A stretch of 64,000 nucleotides of DNA. Origin: an uncultured delta proteobacterium (lineage in GTDB: Bacteria; Myxococcota_A; Polyangia; Polyangiales; B10-G4). Below the pieces are notes generated by a model. It did no database searches, was not told where the DNA came from, and saw only the letters and a program-made list of their open reading frames with translations. The DNA is taken from contig CAVSGI010000010.1 in the NCBI GenBank assembly GCA_963727445.1, positions 1,120,001-1,184,000 on the forward strand, written 5' to 3'. The stretch's first letter is position 1. Each line of letters begins with the position of its first letter. The translations under genes were made by a program, and so were the position numbers. Shown here one piece after another: positions 1-9,374 of the stretch.

Positions 1-77
1 ACCGGAACGCTCCATCCCAGGACCGCGATCGCACACGCCGACCAGGTGAGCAGGTGGCGCTCGACCTGCCGCCCCAT
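1..77 (-). CDS. Possible 5' end of a secreted protein running off the window
   Basis: ATG at 77 reads MGRQVERHLLTWSACAIAVLGWSVP, signal-peptide-like; truncated by the window edge. Confidence 0.35.
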   Translation of the reverse strand, partial: MGRQVERHLLTWSACAIAVLGWSVP

Positions 78-194
78 ACTGACGAGTGTGACACGAATCC
101 GTCCGGGCGGGCGCGGCGAGTGGTTTCACGACCTCGTACGGTTCTACATCGGCTCACTGCGCTGGGCCGCGTTCGCGCGCTCCTCGGGCCTCCG

Positions 195-1091
195 TTAGCC
201 GTCCGTCACCGCTGCTCGCAGGGCGTGGATGAAGGCCTCTGGCTGATCGCGCGGCGGATCGTCCGCCGCTTCCTCGACAACGTGTAGCGGCCATCCATAG
301 GCGGCGCTCGCGCGCTCTGCGATGCTCAGGCGCAGCGCCCGATCGTGGCGTCCCCAGATCAGTGAAGCCGGCACGTCGATGCGCGCGAGGTCCTCGGGTG
401 GGATCCGCGGGATGCCGAGCTTCTTGAACAGCTGTCCCGCCGCCTTCGCCTTGGGGGAACGGGCCAGCTCGAGGTTGTAGGCGGCGAATGTGTCCCAATC
501 GTCCATGTTGGAGCGCAGCGACTCGAGGTCGTAGGCGCATTGATCCATGAAGCGCGTGTAAGAAAGCTCGGTGGGCCGAGTTGCGAACGCGATGAGCCCG
601 AACGCGAAGCGCATCGACGGTCGGAAGGGACCGAGGCCCAGCGAGTCGACCAGCACGACCCGTCGAACGCGACCCCCGTGGCTGACGGCGAAGCGCGCGG
701 CAATCGCTCCGCCGAGCACTTGGCCGACGAGCACGGGAGGCGCATCGCAGGTCTGCGCGATCAACTCGCCGAGCCACGCAGAGATGCGATCGGCGTCCAG
801 ATCACCGGACCCGACATCGGAGGAGCCATGCGCCGGAAGATCCGGCGCGATGACGCGATACTCCCGCACGAGCTCGGGGATCACCCAACGCCAGTTGACG
901 GAGCTCTCGCCCGGCCCATGAAGGAGCACCATCGGCGGCCCGTCGCCACCCGTGAGGAAAGCCGTCGAGATTCCCGCGAAGGTGCCTCGCCTCTCTGTCA
1001 CCGGTACGCCGGTCAGGAGAAGGCGCCGAAGGCTCTCACCCCCGGCAGGCTCGGGGATCGCTTGCTGCGCTCGTGCGCTCGAAGACGTCAT
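195..1091 (-). CDS. Alpha/beta fold hydrolase
   Basis: LLHGPG motif, VIAPDLPAHGSS, LIWGRHDR. The nucleophile elbow reads GQVLGG, so the canonical Ser is absent. AAGGA RBS upstream. Confidence 0.85.
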   Translation of the reverse strand: MTSSSARAQQAIPEPAGGESLRRLLLTGVPVTERRGTFAGISTAFLTGGDGPPMVLLHGPGESSVNWRWVIPELVREYRVIAPDLPAHGSSDVGSGDLDADRISAWLGELIAQTCDAPPVLVGQVLGGAIAARFAVSHGGRVRRVVLVDSLGLGPFRPSMRFAFGLIAFATRPTELSYTRFMDQCAYDLESLRSNMDDWDTFAAYNLELARSPKAKAAGQLFKKLGIPRIPPEDLARIDVPASLIWGRHDRALRLSIAERASAAYGWPLHVVEEAADDPPRDQPEAFIHALRAAVTDG

Positions 1092-1109
1092 GACTCGTCC
1101 TTTCTTTCC

Positions 1110-2319
1110 TCAGCTGGCCACCGCGACGGCGGCGGTCGCGTGGTGACGCGCGGCGATGGCGCCGCTGAGGCGGCGCGCGTCGCGGCCGACGCCGTGGACC
1201 ATGTCGGACGACATCGAGTGAAGGAAGTGCAGGCCGAGGAAGTAGAGGCCGGGCGCCTCGTCGACGATCCCGCTGTGGTGACGCGGGTGGCTGGGGTCGT
1301 CGAAGATCGGCAGAATCGATCCAGGAGAAGGCCGAGTGGAAGCCGCTGCACCAGATGACGTTGGCGACGTCGAGCACTCGACCGTCGTCGAGGCGCGGCT
1401 TACCGGCTGTGACCCCGATGGTGCGACCGACGCGCTCGACGCCCATGCGGCGGAGGTCCTTGGGAAGCACGCGGATCAGCGGCCCCGCGCCCAGGAGCTT
1501 GGGCCGCGCCTTGCGGCCGATCGGGTTGCTCACGCTCAGGACGCGCATGAACAAGACCTTCAAGACGAGGGGGACTCCGATCAGGCGGCCGAACAGGCCG
1601 GCGACGCGGAACGGCAGCTTGCCGGTCGACGGCCCGGACATCCAGATGTGGTGGTGGGGCGACAGCTCCCTGGCCAGCTCGGCGGCCGAGTTGCCGGCGC
1701 CGACCAATAACACCGGCCCGTCCTGCAGCTGTGACGGGTTGCGGTAGTCGGCCGAGTGCAGCTGGGCGATGTCGTCCGATAGCTCGCCGGCAAAATCCGG
1801 GATGGTCGGGCGCTGGCAGTGGGCCGTGGCGACAACGACCTGATCGGCCTCCAGGCGGCGCTCACCGGCGTCGACGACGTAGCGATCTCCGCGTCGCGAC
1901 AACCGCTCGACGCGGACGCCGGTCACGACTGGTAGCGAGAAATGCTCGGCGTAGGACTCGAGGTAATCGGCCATCTCGTCCTTGGTCGGGAAATAGTGGG
2001 GGGGCGCCGGGAATGGCATGCCGTCGAGGCCGTCGTAGCGGGCTGGCGTGAACAACCGCAGCGAGTCCCACCGCTTGCGCCAGGCGTCACCGATCCGCGG
2101 GTTGGCGTCGAGGATGACGAAGCGCAAGTCCTGTTGCGCCAGGTAGTAGCCGATCGACAGACCGGCCTGGCCGGCGCCGATTACGATGACGTGGTAGCGA
2201 TCCGTGCCGCCGGATCCGATCGCGCGCGGCGGGGTCGGTTCGGACAGCTCGGCGAAGGCGGCGCCCGGCTCGACGAGGCGGGCACCCGTATTGCGTTCGG
2301 GGTCGGTGCGTGTGTCCAT
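1110..2319 (-). CDS. Flavin-containing monooxygenase / FAD-NAD(P)H oxidoreductase (one frameshift near 1314)
   Basis: GAGQAG, WRKRWDSLRLFTP, HSADY, GAGNSA. Removing one base at ~1314 restores IDLPIFDD...GLYFLGLHFLHSMSS...GVGRDA, ending at a TGA at 1110. Confidence 0.85.
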
Positions 2320-2390
2320 GTCGACACCGTAGGTCGCCGCACCCGGGCCCCGCTTCGGCACAATCCCCCAATTTTCATGAGGATTGGCAA

Positions 2391-2406
2391 TGGGTAGTTG
2401 TACCCA
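2391..2406. promoter_or_regulatory. Inverted repeat TGGGTA-GTTG-TACCCA, candidate LuxR-type operator
   Basis: Perfect 6-bp arms between the regulator stop codon and the monooxygenase start. Confidence 0.55.
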
Positions 2407-2419
2407 GCGGCATCCCCCG

Positions 2420-4040
2420 TCAGACCAGAGCGTGCTCGTAGGCGAACGCGGTGGCGGCGGCCCGGGTCGACACGTCCAGCTTGGCGAAGATGTCGCTCAC
2501 GTGGCGGTCGACGGTCCGCTCGCTGACGCCCAGCTGCCGCGCGATCGCCTTGTTGGTCTTGCCCTGGGCGACCAGGCGCAAGACCTCGAGCTGGCGCGGC
2601 GACAGCCCATGGGTGGCTGATCCCGTCGCGCTGGCGTCCAGGGCGGCGAGGTCTGGAGCGGCGCCGAGCTCCTCGAAGACCCGGCGCGCTGCCTGGCGCT
2701 CGAGCTCAGCGCCGTCGCGATCGCCCAGCGCCTCGCAGGCGCGACCAAGGAGCACGCGGATGCGGGCGGCGATGTAGGGCGCGCCGATGGTCTGCCAGCG
2801 GCGGAATGCGCGACGCAGCGGCTCGACGGCGGCGCCGGCGTCGCCGTCGGCGATCAGCACGGCACCGCGCGCCTGCGCGGCCAGGGCGTCCAGGATCTCG
2901 GTGTTGAACCGGTCGGCGAGCTCTGCCAGCTCGCGGCTCGCGGCTCGGGCCTCGTCGATCTCGCCAACCGCGAGGAGGATCTCCACCCATGCTGGCAGGA
3001 ACTGCGGTCGCTGCCACGCGCCGGAGGTCGTGGCTAGCACGCGTCTCATCGAGCTGACGGCATCGTCGCGGCGACCTTGGGCCAGGCGTAGCAGCGCCAG
3101 GCCGGGCTGAGGCTCTCGACCGGCCTCGCTGGCGTGGCGATATGCCTCCTCGGCGGCGGCCAGCTCACCACGCAGGCGGTGCAGCTCGGCGCGTTCGTAA
3201 CAGGCATCGCCCAAGGCCTGCGGATCCTTGTCCGTCACCAGCTCGCACGCCCGCTTCGCCTCCTCGAACGCCCCCGACCAGTCGCCGGTCATCTGCAGGA
3301 TCTGCGACCGGTGCACCAGACACGAGCCAGTGAACGGGGTCATTTGTGGCTCGTCCGTGCACCAGCTCGCCAGCGCCAACGTCCACTCGCGCGCGTGGTC
3401 GAGCGCCAGCGATTGCTGGCAGCTGGAGATGGCGCTGCAGTAGACCAGCCCCGTGACGAACGGCGACAGCTCGCCCGAGGTGACGGCCACCATCGACTCG
3501 TCGACGAGAGCGATGCCGCGCTCGGTGTCGCCGCGGCGGAGCAGCGCGCGCCCTTGATACTGGCGGGCGAGCGCGATCAGAATCCGGGTTGGCGAAGCGC
3601 TCGCCGATCTCCGCCGCCTGCGCTGCCACATCGTGTGCGGCGTCGAGGTCACCGGCGCCGAGGAAGCGAAGAGCTGTTGGCAGCATGAGGTAGCCGTGCT
3701 CGGCGCAGGCGCCGTCGACGCGCTCGGCCGACCGCTGCGCGCGCGCTAGCCAGCCGGCGCCGCGCGCGGTCTCGGTCATGGTCATCAGCCGCATGCCGAT
3801 CCAGAACGCCCAGCGGGCGGCGAGCGCGTGGGCCCCGGCGGCGTCGTGGGCGTGGTAGACGCGCTCGGACACCGACAGGTAGACGTCCTCTTGCCCGCAC
3901 AGCCCCGCCGACCAGGCGAGAAGCTGGAGGTCCTCGACCGACAGCGGCGATTCGGCGTCGGCTCGCGACAGCGCTTCGAACGCGTCGGCCCACTCGTGCC
4001 GCCGATAACAGGCGCGCCCGCGTTCGAGCCCCTCGACCAT
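2420..4040 (-). CDS. LuxR-family transcriptional regulator, TPR-like body plus C-terminal HTH (frameshift near 3581)
   Basis: C-terminus LSPRQLEVLRLVAQGKTNKAIARQLGVSERTVDRHVSDIFAKL. ORFs 3165-4040 and 2420-3652 join as ERFANPDLIALAR after removing one base. Confidence 0.85.
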
Positions 4041-4130
4041 ACGCCAATAGTATCAACGCTCAGCGAGACGCAACCACAGGGGAACGGGAGCGGGCACGGG
4101 CAGAAGAGCGTGCGCCTCGCCCGCTGAGGC

Positions 4131-4796
4131 TCAGGGCTCTTCGCCCCCGCGGCCGATCGCGATCACGAAGGTCTGATCGTCGACCATGGGAAAGCCGTTC
4201 CACGTCGGGTCGTCCTGCTTCTTCTCGTCGTAGAACGCGCGGTAGCCACGCCCGCTCGTGACGTCCCAGCCGGTGGCTTCGAGCGCGCCGAGGAAGGCGT
4301 TCACGTGATCCGGCGGATCATCGTCCGCGGCCATGAAATAGATGCCTGGGCGGATCGGGAAGCGCGCCACTGTGATCTCCTGCACGGCGAAGCCGGCGCG
4401 CGCGAAGACCTCACCGAGCGCGATGGCGAACTGCGCGGCGTCGGGATCGCCGAAGGTCACCGTGAGCCACACGCGGCGATCGACGTCGGGCTCGATGAAG
4501 CCGAGCTGCGACGCGAGGGTCGCGCGCTCCGTCGGCCCGAGGGTCATCGCGCCGAGGGTGAGGGTCTCGTTCTCCGCGGGCGTCGGGGCCTGGGCGTCGG
4601 CCGATGGCGTCGTGCCCTCTTCGGTCTCGAGAGCCTCGGGAACGATCTCCGCGTCCCCTCCCCCCGCCGTCAAGCGCGCGCGTAGCTCCTCGTTCTCGCT
4701 GCGCAGCGTCGCTGCATAAGCGAATAGCCCCACGATCACCACGAAGCAGAGAACGAATCCGGTCACGACGCTCGGCGGCAGCTTTCCCGTCATCAT
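4131..4796 (-). CDS. Hypothetical membrane-anchored protein
   Basis: N-terminal hydrophobic helix, short coiled segment, globular C-terminus, normal amino-acid composition. Confidence 0.7.
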   Translation of the reverse strand: MMTGKLPPSVVTGFVLCFVVIVGLFAYAATLRSENEELRARLTAGGGDAEIVPEALETEEGTTPSADAQAPTPAENETLTLGAMTLGPTERATLASQLGFIEPDVDRRVWLTVTFGDPDAAQFAIALGEVFARAGFAVQEITVARFPIRPGIYFMAADDDPPDHVNAFLGALEATGWDVTSGRGYRAFYDEKKQDDPTWNGFPMVDDQTFVIAIGRGGEEP

Positions 4797-4926
4797 TTCA
4801 CTCGTCCATCAGCCCGTGTGGTCGAAGCGGCCGGTAGACGCTCTTGCGGTGAAGGCCCACGTGCCCGGCCATCGCCGCCGGAGACACAGCACGTGGTGAG
4901 ATCGTCCCAGGCCATCGACGCGGCGC

Positions 4927-5232
4927 TTACTCGGCGACTGGACCGCGGATCGCGGCGCCCTCGACGGGATCGGCGTCGAGGCCTTCCACCACGAGCGTGA
5001 GCGGTGGGCTCTCCGCGTGGAAGGCGCTGCCCCAGGCAACGGTGGCGACCTGCACCCGCGCCGGACCGTCGGGCATGGTCACCTCGAGCGCATCGCCGGC
5101 CTCCACGTCGCCTTCGTACCCCTCCTGGAGGATGAGCACGCGCTTGCCCTCGAGAGGGTATGCCCGCCGGACCCTGGCCTTGAATGCGTCTGCCACGGCG
5201 GGGAGCTTAGAGCGCTGGACGCTGTCATTCAA
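4927..5232 (-). CDS. Small hypothetical protein
   Basis: 101 aa ATG-started ORF with protein-like composition. Confidence 0.6.
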   Translation of the reverse strand: MNDSVQRSKLPAVADAFKARVRRAYPLEGKRVLILQEGYEGDVEAGDALEVTMPDGPARVQVATVAWGSAFHAESPPLTLVVEGLDADPVEGAAIRGPVAE

Positions 5233-5250
5233 ACCGGATACGAGGGCGTC

Positions 5251-5586
5251 TTGGAAACAGTCGATTACGAGCTACTCCGGTTCATCGGATACGCGCGCAG
5301 CTGCGGCTTCATGTTGGTTGTCCTCTTCGTGGCGATCTCGGCCGCTGTCGCTGGCGTACGCCTGAAGAAGGTCGTCGGCGTGTGGGTGTTCTCGGTCGCC
5401 ATGTTCCTCTTCTTCGGGGTGGAAGCCGTGTCGACCTTGCTCGATCTGGCCGAGCTGGACGTCGACGTGATGAGCTGGTTCTACGCCCTCACCTCGATCG
5501 TGACCCTCCTGCTCTCGGCCGCCATGCTCGTCGGCGTCGCGCTCCTCGAGCCGCCGCCAGCCTCTGGTAGCGAGGAGACGAGCTGA
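5251..5586 (+). CDS. Small membrane protein
   Basis: GAGGG followed by a probable TTG start, three hydrophobic segments, stop overlaps the next ATG. Confidence 0.6.
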   Translation: METVDYELLRFIGYARSCGFMLVVLFVAISAAVAGVRLKKVVGVWVFSVAMFLFFGVEAVSTLLDLAELDVDVMSWFYALTSIVTLLLSAAMLVGVALLEPPPASGSEETS

Positions 5587-5951
5587 TGGACGGCCAGATC
5601 TTTCAGTACTTCTTCCAGTGTACCGGGTGGCTGTCCTCGTTCATCGACCTGGCGATTGGCATCGCCGCCTTCGTGCGCTTGAAGAGCAGCCCCTCGGGCC
5701 TCTTGATCGGCGGCGGCTTCACGCTGATGTCCCTCTTCGGCATCGTCATGCGCGTGGTGCGCATGATCATGGAGCCCGATTTCGCCGGCGCGATCGACGT
5801 CGACTACGACGCGTGGATGATGCAGTCGCAGGCCATCGGTACCGTGACCACCTGCGGCCTGATGCTCTTCATGCTGGTGATCGGCATCGGCTTCCTGCTC
5901 CTGCCGAAGAGCCTCGCGAAGATCGCGGGCGGCGACGCTCCTACGGAGTGA
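5586..5951 (+). CDS. Small membrane protein
   Basis: Three hydrophobic segments, TGATG coupling to the upstream gene. Confidence 0.7.
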   Translation: MDGQIFQYFFQCTGWLSSFIDLAIGIAAFVRLKSSPSGLLIGGGFTLMSLFGIVMRVVRMIMEPDFAGAIDVDYDAWMMQSQAIGTVTTCGLMLFMLVIGIGFLLLPKSLAKIAGGDAPTE

Positions 5952-7479
5952 TCGCCGGCGGGTTGGTGGTGCCCATCAGGGTGTCGGCGCGGATGGAGAT
6001 GCGCCCCGCGCCGCCTGCCCCCCCGACGAGTCCCACACAGGCGCTGACCCCGCTCGTGGGGCCGGCCGGCCCGCCCGCCGCCGTGACCAGGGCGTCGCCG
6101 ACCATCACCGTCTCGGCGTCGACGAAGATGGAGCCACCCCCGCCGCCACCGCCGGGGCCGCCGCAGCTGGAGAAGAACACGAGCACCGCCGGCCCGCCTC
6201 CACTGCCGCCGGCTGTGACGGCCCCTTCGACCGACACGGATTGCGCGAAGATGATGACGATGCCGCCGCCGGTCCCGCCTGCCGCGCGGCGAAAGGGGCC
6301 GCCGTTGCCTCCGCCACCTCCCAACATCGGCGACGCGTCGCCACCTGCCGTGACACCTCCGATGGACGCCGGACTGCAAACCCCCATCCCGTCCGCACCG
6401 TCCATCCCGCCAGCGCCGCCGCCGCCCCCCGCGGATCGATTGCATCCGCCAAAGACGGCACCGCCCCCGCCGCTCCCGTTGGCTTCGGGCAGACGCATGC
6501 CGACGCCGAGGTGACCCTCGCCTTGAAGGCCCGGGGTGTTGCTGGAAGCGCCGTCCATCGGCGGTCCGCGAAAACCGCGACCGGTCACGTCGATGCTGCC
6601 GCCCATCTCGATGGTGACCGCGCCCGTGGCGGCGACGGCGACGATGCCGCCGCGCGTCCCATCCCAGGCCGGCGCGACGACTCGGCCGCCCGCCGCGACG
6701 GTCAGGCTCGCATACTGGGGAACGACGATCGCCTGCGCCACCGAGCCGGCGCCAGTCCCGAAGGATCCCGTGAGAGGTGGGCTCACCGTCGCCACCCCCA
6801 TGGCGACGGATTCGATGCGGTGGAGCTCGTAGTGTCCCGCATCTGGTCCCTGGGTCTGATGAAGGAGCAGGAGCTGGCCGGCGGCGAAGCCCGTCGCGTC
6901 GCCCAGGATCACCCCGTCGCGGCCGGCGCCGCCGTTGGCGGTGGTCACCACCGTGTTGAGCACCGCCTCGGCGTCGACGCGGAAGTCGCCGGCCGACCCG
7001 TCTCCGCGCGGGCTGAGCAGGCACGTGGACCCCACGCAGCTCCCGCCCGCGCAGCTCATCCCACACGCGCCGCAATTCGCGTCGTCGCCCGCGAGGTCGG
7101 TCTCACATCCGTTCGAGGGGTCACCGTCGCAATCGTCGAAGCCGTCGTCGCAAGCCGTGACACACGCGGAGGCAACACAGCTGATGGTGGCGCCGGGAGC
7201 GTCACCGCAGTCCATGCCACAGCCCCCGCAGTTCTGGGCGTCGGTGCGCGTGTCCACGCAGCTGTCGCCGCACATCACCCGACTCGGATCACAGCCAGCG
7301 TCCATGACGCCGCTGTCCACCGGGGGCGCGGGCATACAGACACCGCTCACGCAGATCACACCGGCGCCGCAGTCGGCGTCCGTCTCGCACGTCTCCACCG
7401 TCGCGTCGGTCGACGCGTCGTCACCGCCGCATGCGACGAGACCGAAGATCAGGAAAAGCGAGGCGGGGATGATCCGCAT
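5941..7479 (-). CDS. Cys-rich lipoprotein with Gly-rich C-terminal domain
   Basis: Lipobox LVAC, myxobacterial CVDTRTDAQNCGGCG and DCDGDPSNGCE repeats, Gly-rich tail. Confidence 0.8.
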   Translation of the reverse strand: MRIIPASLFLIFGLVACGGDDASTDATVETCETDADCGAGVICVSGVCMPAPPVDSGVMDAGCDPSRVMCGDSCVDTRTDAQNCGGCGMDCGDAPGATISCVASACVTACDDGFDDCDGDPSNGCETDLAGDDANCGACGMSCAGGSCVGSTCLLSPRGDGSAGDFRVDAEAVLNTVVTTANGGAGRDGVILGDATGFAAGQLLLLHQTQGPDAGHYELHRIESVAMGVATVSPPLTGSFGTGAGSVAQAIVVPQYASLTVAAGGRVVAPAWDGTRGGIVAVAATGAVTIEMGGSIDVTGRGFRGPPMDGASSNTPGLQGEGHLGVGMRLPEANGSGGGGAVFGGCNRSAGGGGGAGGMDGADGMGVCSPASIGGVTAGGDASPMLGGGGGNGGPFRRAAGGTGGGIVIIFAQSVSVEGAVTAGGSGGGPAVLVFFSSCGGPGGGGGGGSIFVDAETVMVGDALVTAAGGPAGPTSGVSACVGLVGGAGGAGRISIRADTLMGTTNPPAITP

Positions 7480-7513
7480 CCGCTGCGCATTATGGCACGC
7501 TCACCGGCGGCAC

Positions 7514-8071
7514 GTGGAAGATCAGGCCAAATGCGGAGCTCACCCGGAAGTCGTCGCCGACGCGGGCACTTGCGGGCGCTGCGGCGCCTACATGTGCACG
7601 GCCTGCGCATCGGAGATCCGCGACGGCAAGTTGTGCAAGCGCTGCGAGGCGGTGCTCCTCGAGCGAGGGATGATCAAGCACGTCCCACGGCTCGCGGTGG
7701 CCGTGGGCTCCTACGGTGTGGTGCTCCTGGTGATCTCGCTGGGGTACTGCGGCTTCCTCGGTCTCGCGGGCGTGGGGATGACGGACCCCGGTTACACGCT
7801 CGGTGAGGACGACTATCTCGGTCTCGGCGTGTTCTTCCTCGCCGGACTTCCCGAGCTGCCCGTGGGCCTCCTTCACATCGCCGCGGGCGCGGCCCTCCGC
7901 CAGCGGCGCGGGCGACTGCTCACCTACTTCGCGGTGGCCAGCGGCTTCGCCGCAATCGGCGCCGCGTGCTTCATCCCGGTGAGCATCGCGCTCCTGATCT
8001 ACGCGGCCCTGGTGCTCGGCGACGTCGACGTGCGCGATCTCTTCGACGCCGAAGAAGAATCACGAAGCTGA
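7514..8071 (+). CDS. B-box-like zinc-finger membrane protein
   Basis: CGAHPE..CGRCGAYMCTAC..CKRC followed by 3-4 transmembrane segments; GTG start assumed. Confidence 0.7.
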   Translation: MEDQAKCGAHPEVVADAGTCGRCGAYMCTACASEIRDGKLCKRCEAVLLERGMIKHVPRLAVAVGSYGVVLLVISLGYCGFLGLAGVGMTDPGYTLGEDDYLGLGVFFLAGLPELPVGLLHIAAGAALRQRRGRLLTYFAVASGFAAIGAACFIPVSIALLIYAALVLGDVDVRDLFDAEEESRS

Positions 8072-8074
8072 ATG

Positions 8075-9331
8075 TCAGCGGCGCGTGCGGCGGCGCCGCA
8101 CGAAGAGCGCGACGATCAGCGCCAGCATCGACACCCCGGCGCTCCGCCCGAGCCGGCTGGTGCTGCACCCGCCGTCGTCCGCACCGCCCGCCGTGGTCCC
8201 GCCATCGGCGCCCGAGCTCGAGGCGACGGGCACGCACTCGTACATCATGCACTCCTGACCGGCAGGGCAGACGTCCTCGTCGATCGGTCCGTCGCAGTCG
8301 TCGTCGAGCAGATTGCACATCTCGACCTGCGGCGTGCCGGGGTCGCAGTCCTCCGCGTCGCAGGAGTTGGCGTCGCGGCGACACCACCCGATTCCGCACT
8401 GGGGTCGCACGCGCTCGTCCGCACGCCCGTCGCAGTCGTCGTCGAGGAGGTTGCATATCTCCATCGCACCCGGATTGATGTCGGGGTCGTCGGGCGCGCA
8501 GTCGCCGCCCAGGCTGGCCCAACGCCCACTGGCGGGACACCCTTCGATCATCTCCCCGCTATCCCGCTCCTCCCGGCTGTAGTACCCGTCGCCGTCCGCG
8601 TCGGGATAATGGGTCACGGGCTCGATGTTCTCGTCGACCAGATCGTCGCAGTCGTCGTCGCGAAGATTGCAGAGCTCTTCCGCTCCGGTGAAGGTCGTCA
8701 CACGCGAGTCGTCACAATCGTCAGGTGCGGTTGCGTAGCGCTCCGGCGTCATCCCCGCGCACGCCTCGCGCGTCGCGTCGGGCGTCCCATGACCGTCACC
8801 GTCCCGATCTCGGTAATACGTCTGACTCTCGCAGCCGAAGACGCGATCGTATTCGTCGATCGCCGCGCCGTCCGCGGAGTTGCGTCGCCCGTCCCCGTCG
8901 GCTGCCACCGTCGACAGGGTGAAACGGACGGCCCCCGCCGTGTCGGGCGCGACCCACCGGCCGCGGAACTCGGCCACGCCACCGCTGAAGGGAACGGGCG
9001 CGTCGTGCGTCAGCTCGAGCCCCACCGTGTGGAGGCCGCCGCCCGAAGTCGTGCGAAGCATGCCGGAGTCGACGTGCACGTTGATGCCCGCCACCGCGGC
9101 CGTGGAGCGGATGCGCACCGTGAAGTCGACGACGTCCCCAGGGCTGACGCTCGTGGGCGTGGTGAGGAGCTCGACCGTCTGCGTGCCGACGCCTCCGTGA
9201 CATCCGCTGCAGTCGGGCCCGCTGATGCCGTCTCGGTAGGCATGCGCCGCCGGGACGTCCATGGCCGCGCCCCCGAGACCGAAGAGCGACGCGAGACCCA
9301 GGACTGCCAACGGTCTTCGCACCTGCACCAT
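8075..9331 (-). CDS. MYXO-CTERM surface protein: CxxCH/Reeler-like N-domain plus metal-binding Cys/Asp repeats
   Basis: Signal peptide, CSGCH, ELTHDAP, repeated EICNLLDDDCDG, GGCS + TM + RRRRTRR tail. Confidence 0.8.
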   Translation of the reverse strand: MVQVRRPLAVLGLASLFGLGGAAMDVPAAHAYRDGISGPDCSGCHGGVGTQTVELLTTPTSVSPGDVVDFTVRIRSTAAVAGINVHVDSGMLRTTSGGGLHTVGLELTHDAPVPFSGGVAEFRGRWVAPDTAGAVRFTLSTVAADGDGRRNSADGAAIDEYDRVFGCESQTYYRDRDGDGHGTPDATREACAGMTPERYATAPDDCDDSRVTTFTGAEELCNLRDDDCDDLVDENIEPVTHYPDADGDGYYSREERDSGEMIEGCPASGRWASLGGDCAPDDPDINPGAMEICNLLDDDCDGRADERVRPQCGIGWCRRDANSCDAEDCDPGTPQVEMCNLLDDDCDGPIDEDVCPAGQECMMYECVPVASSSGADGGTTAGGADDGGCSTSRLGRSAGVSMLALIVALFVRRRRTRR

Positions 9332-9374
9332 GATAGCGAAACTCGGGCGGTCAGGCCCGCGCCCCGACCGAGTA

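Noticed and set aside
5941..6600. PE_PGRS-family protein
   Set aside because: Similarity is only Gly-rich low complexity; there is no PE domain and the protein has a lipoprotein signal
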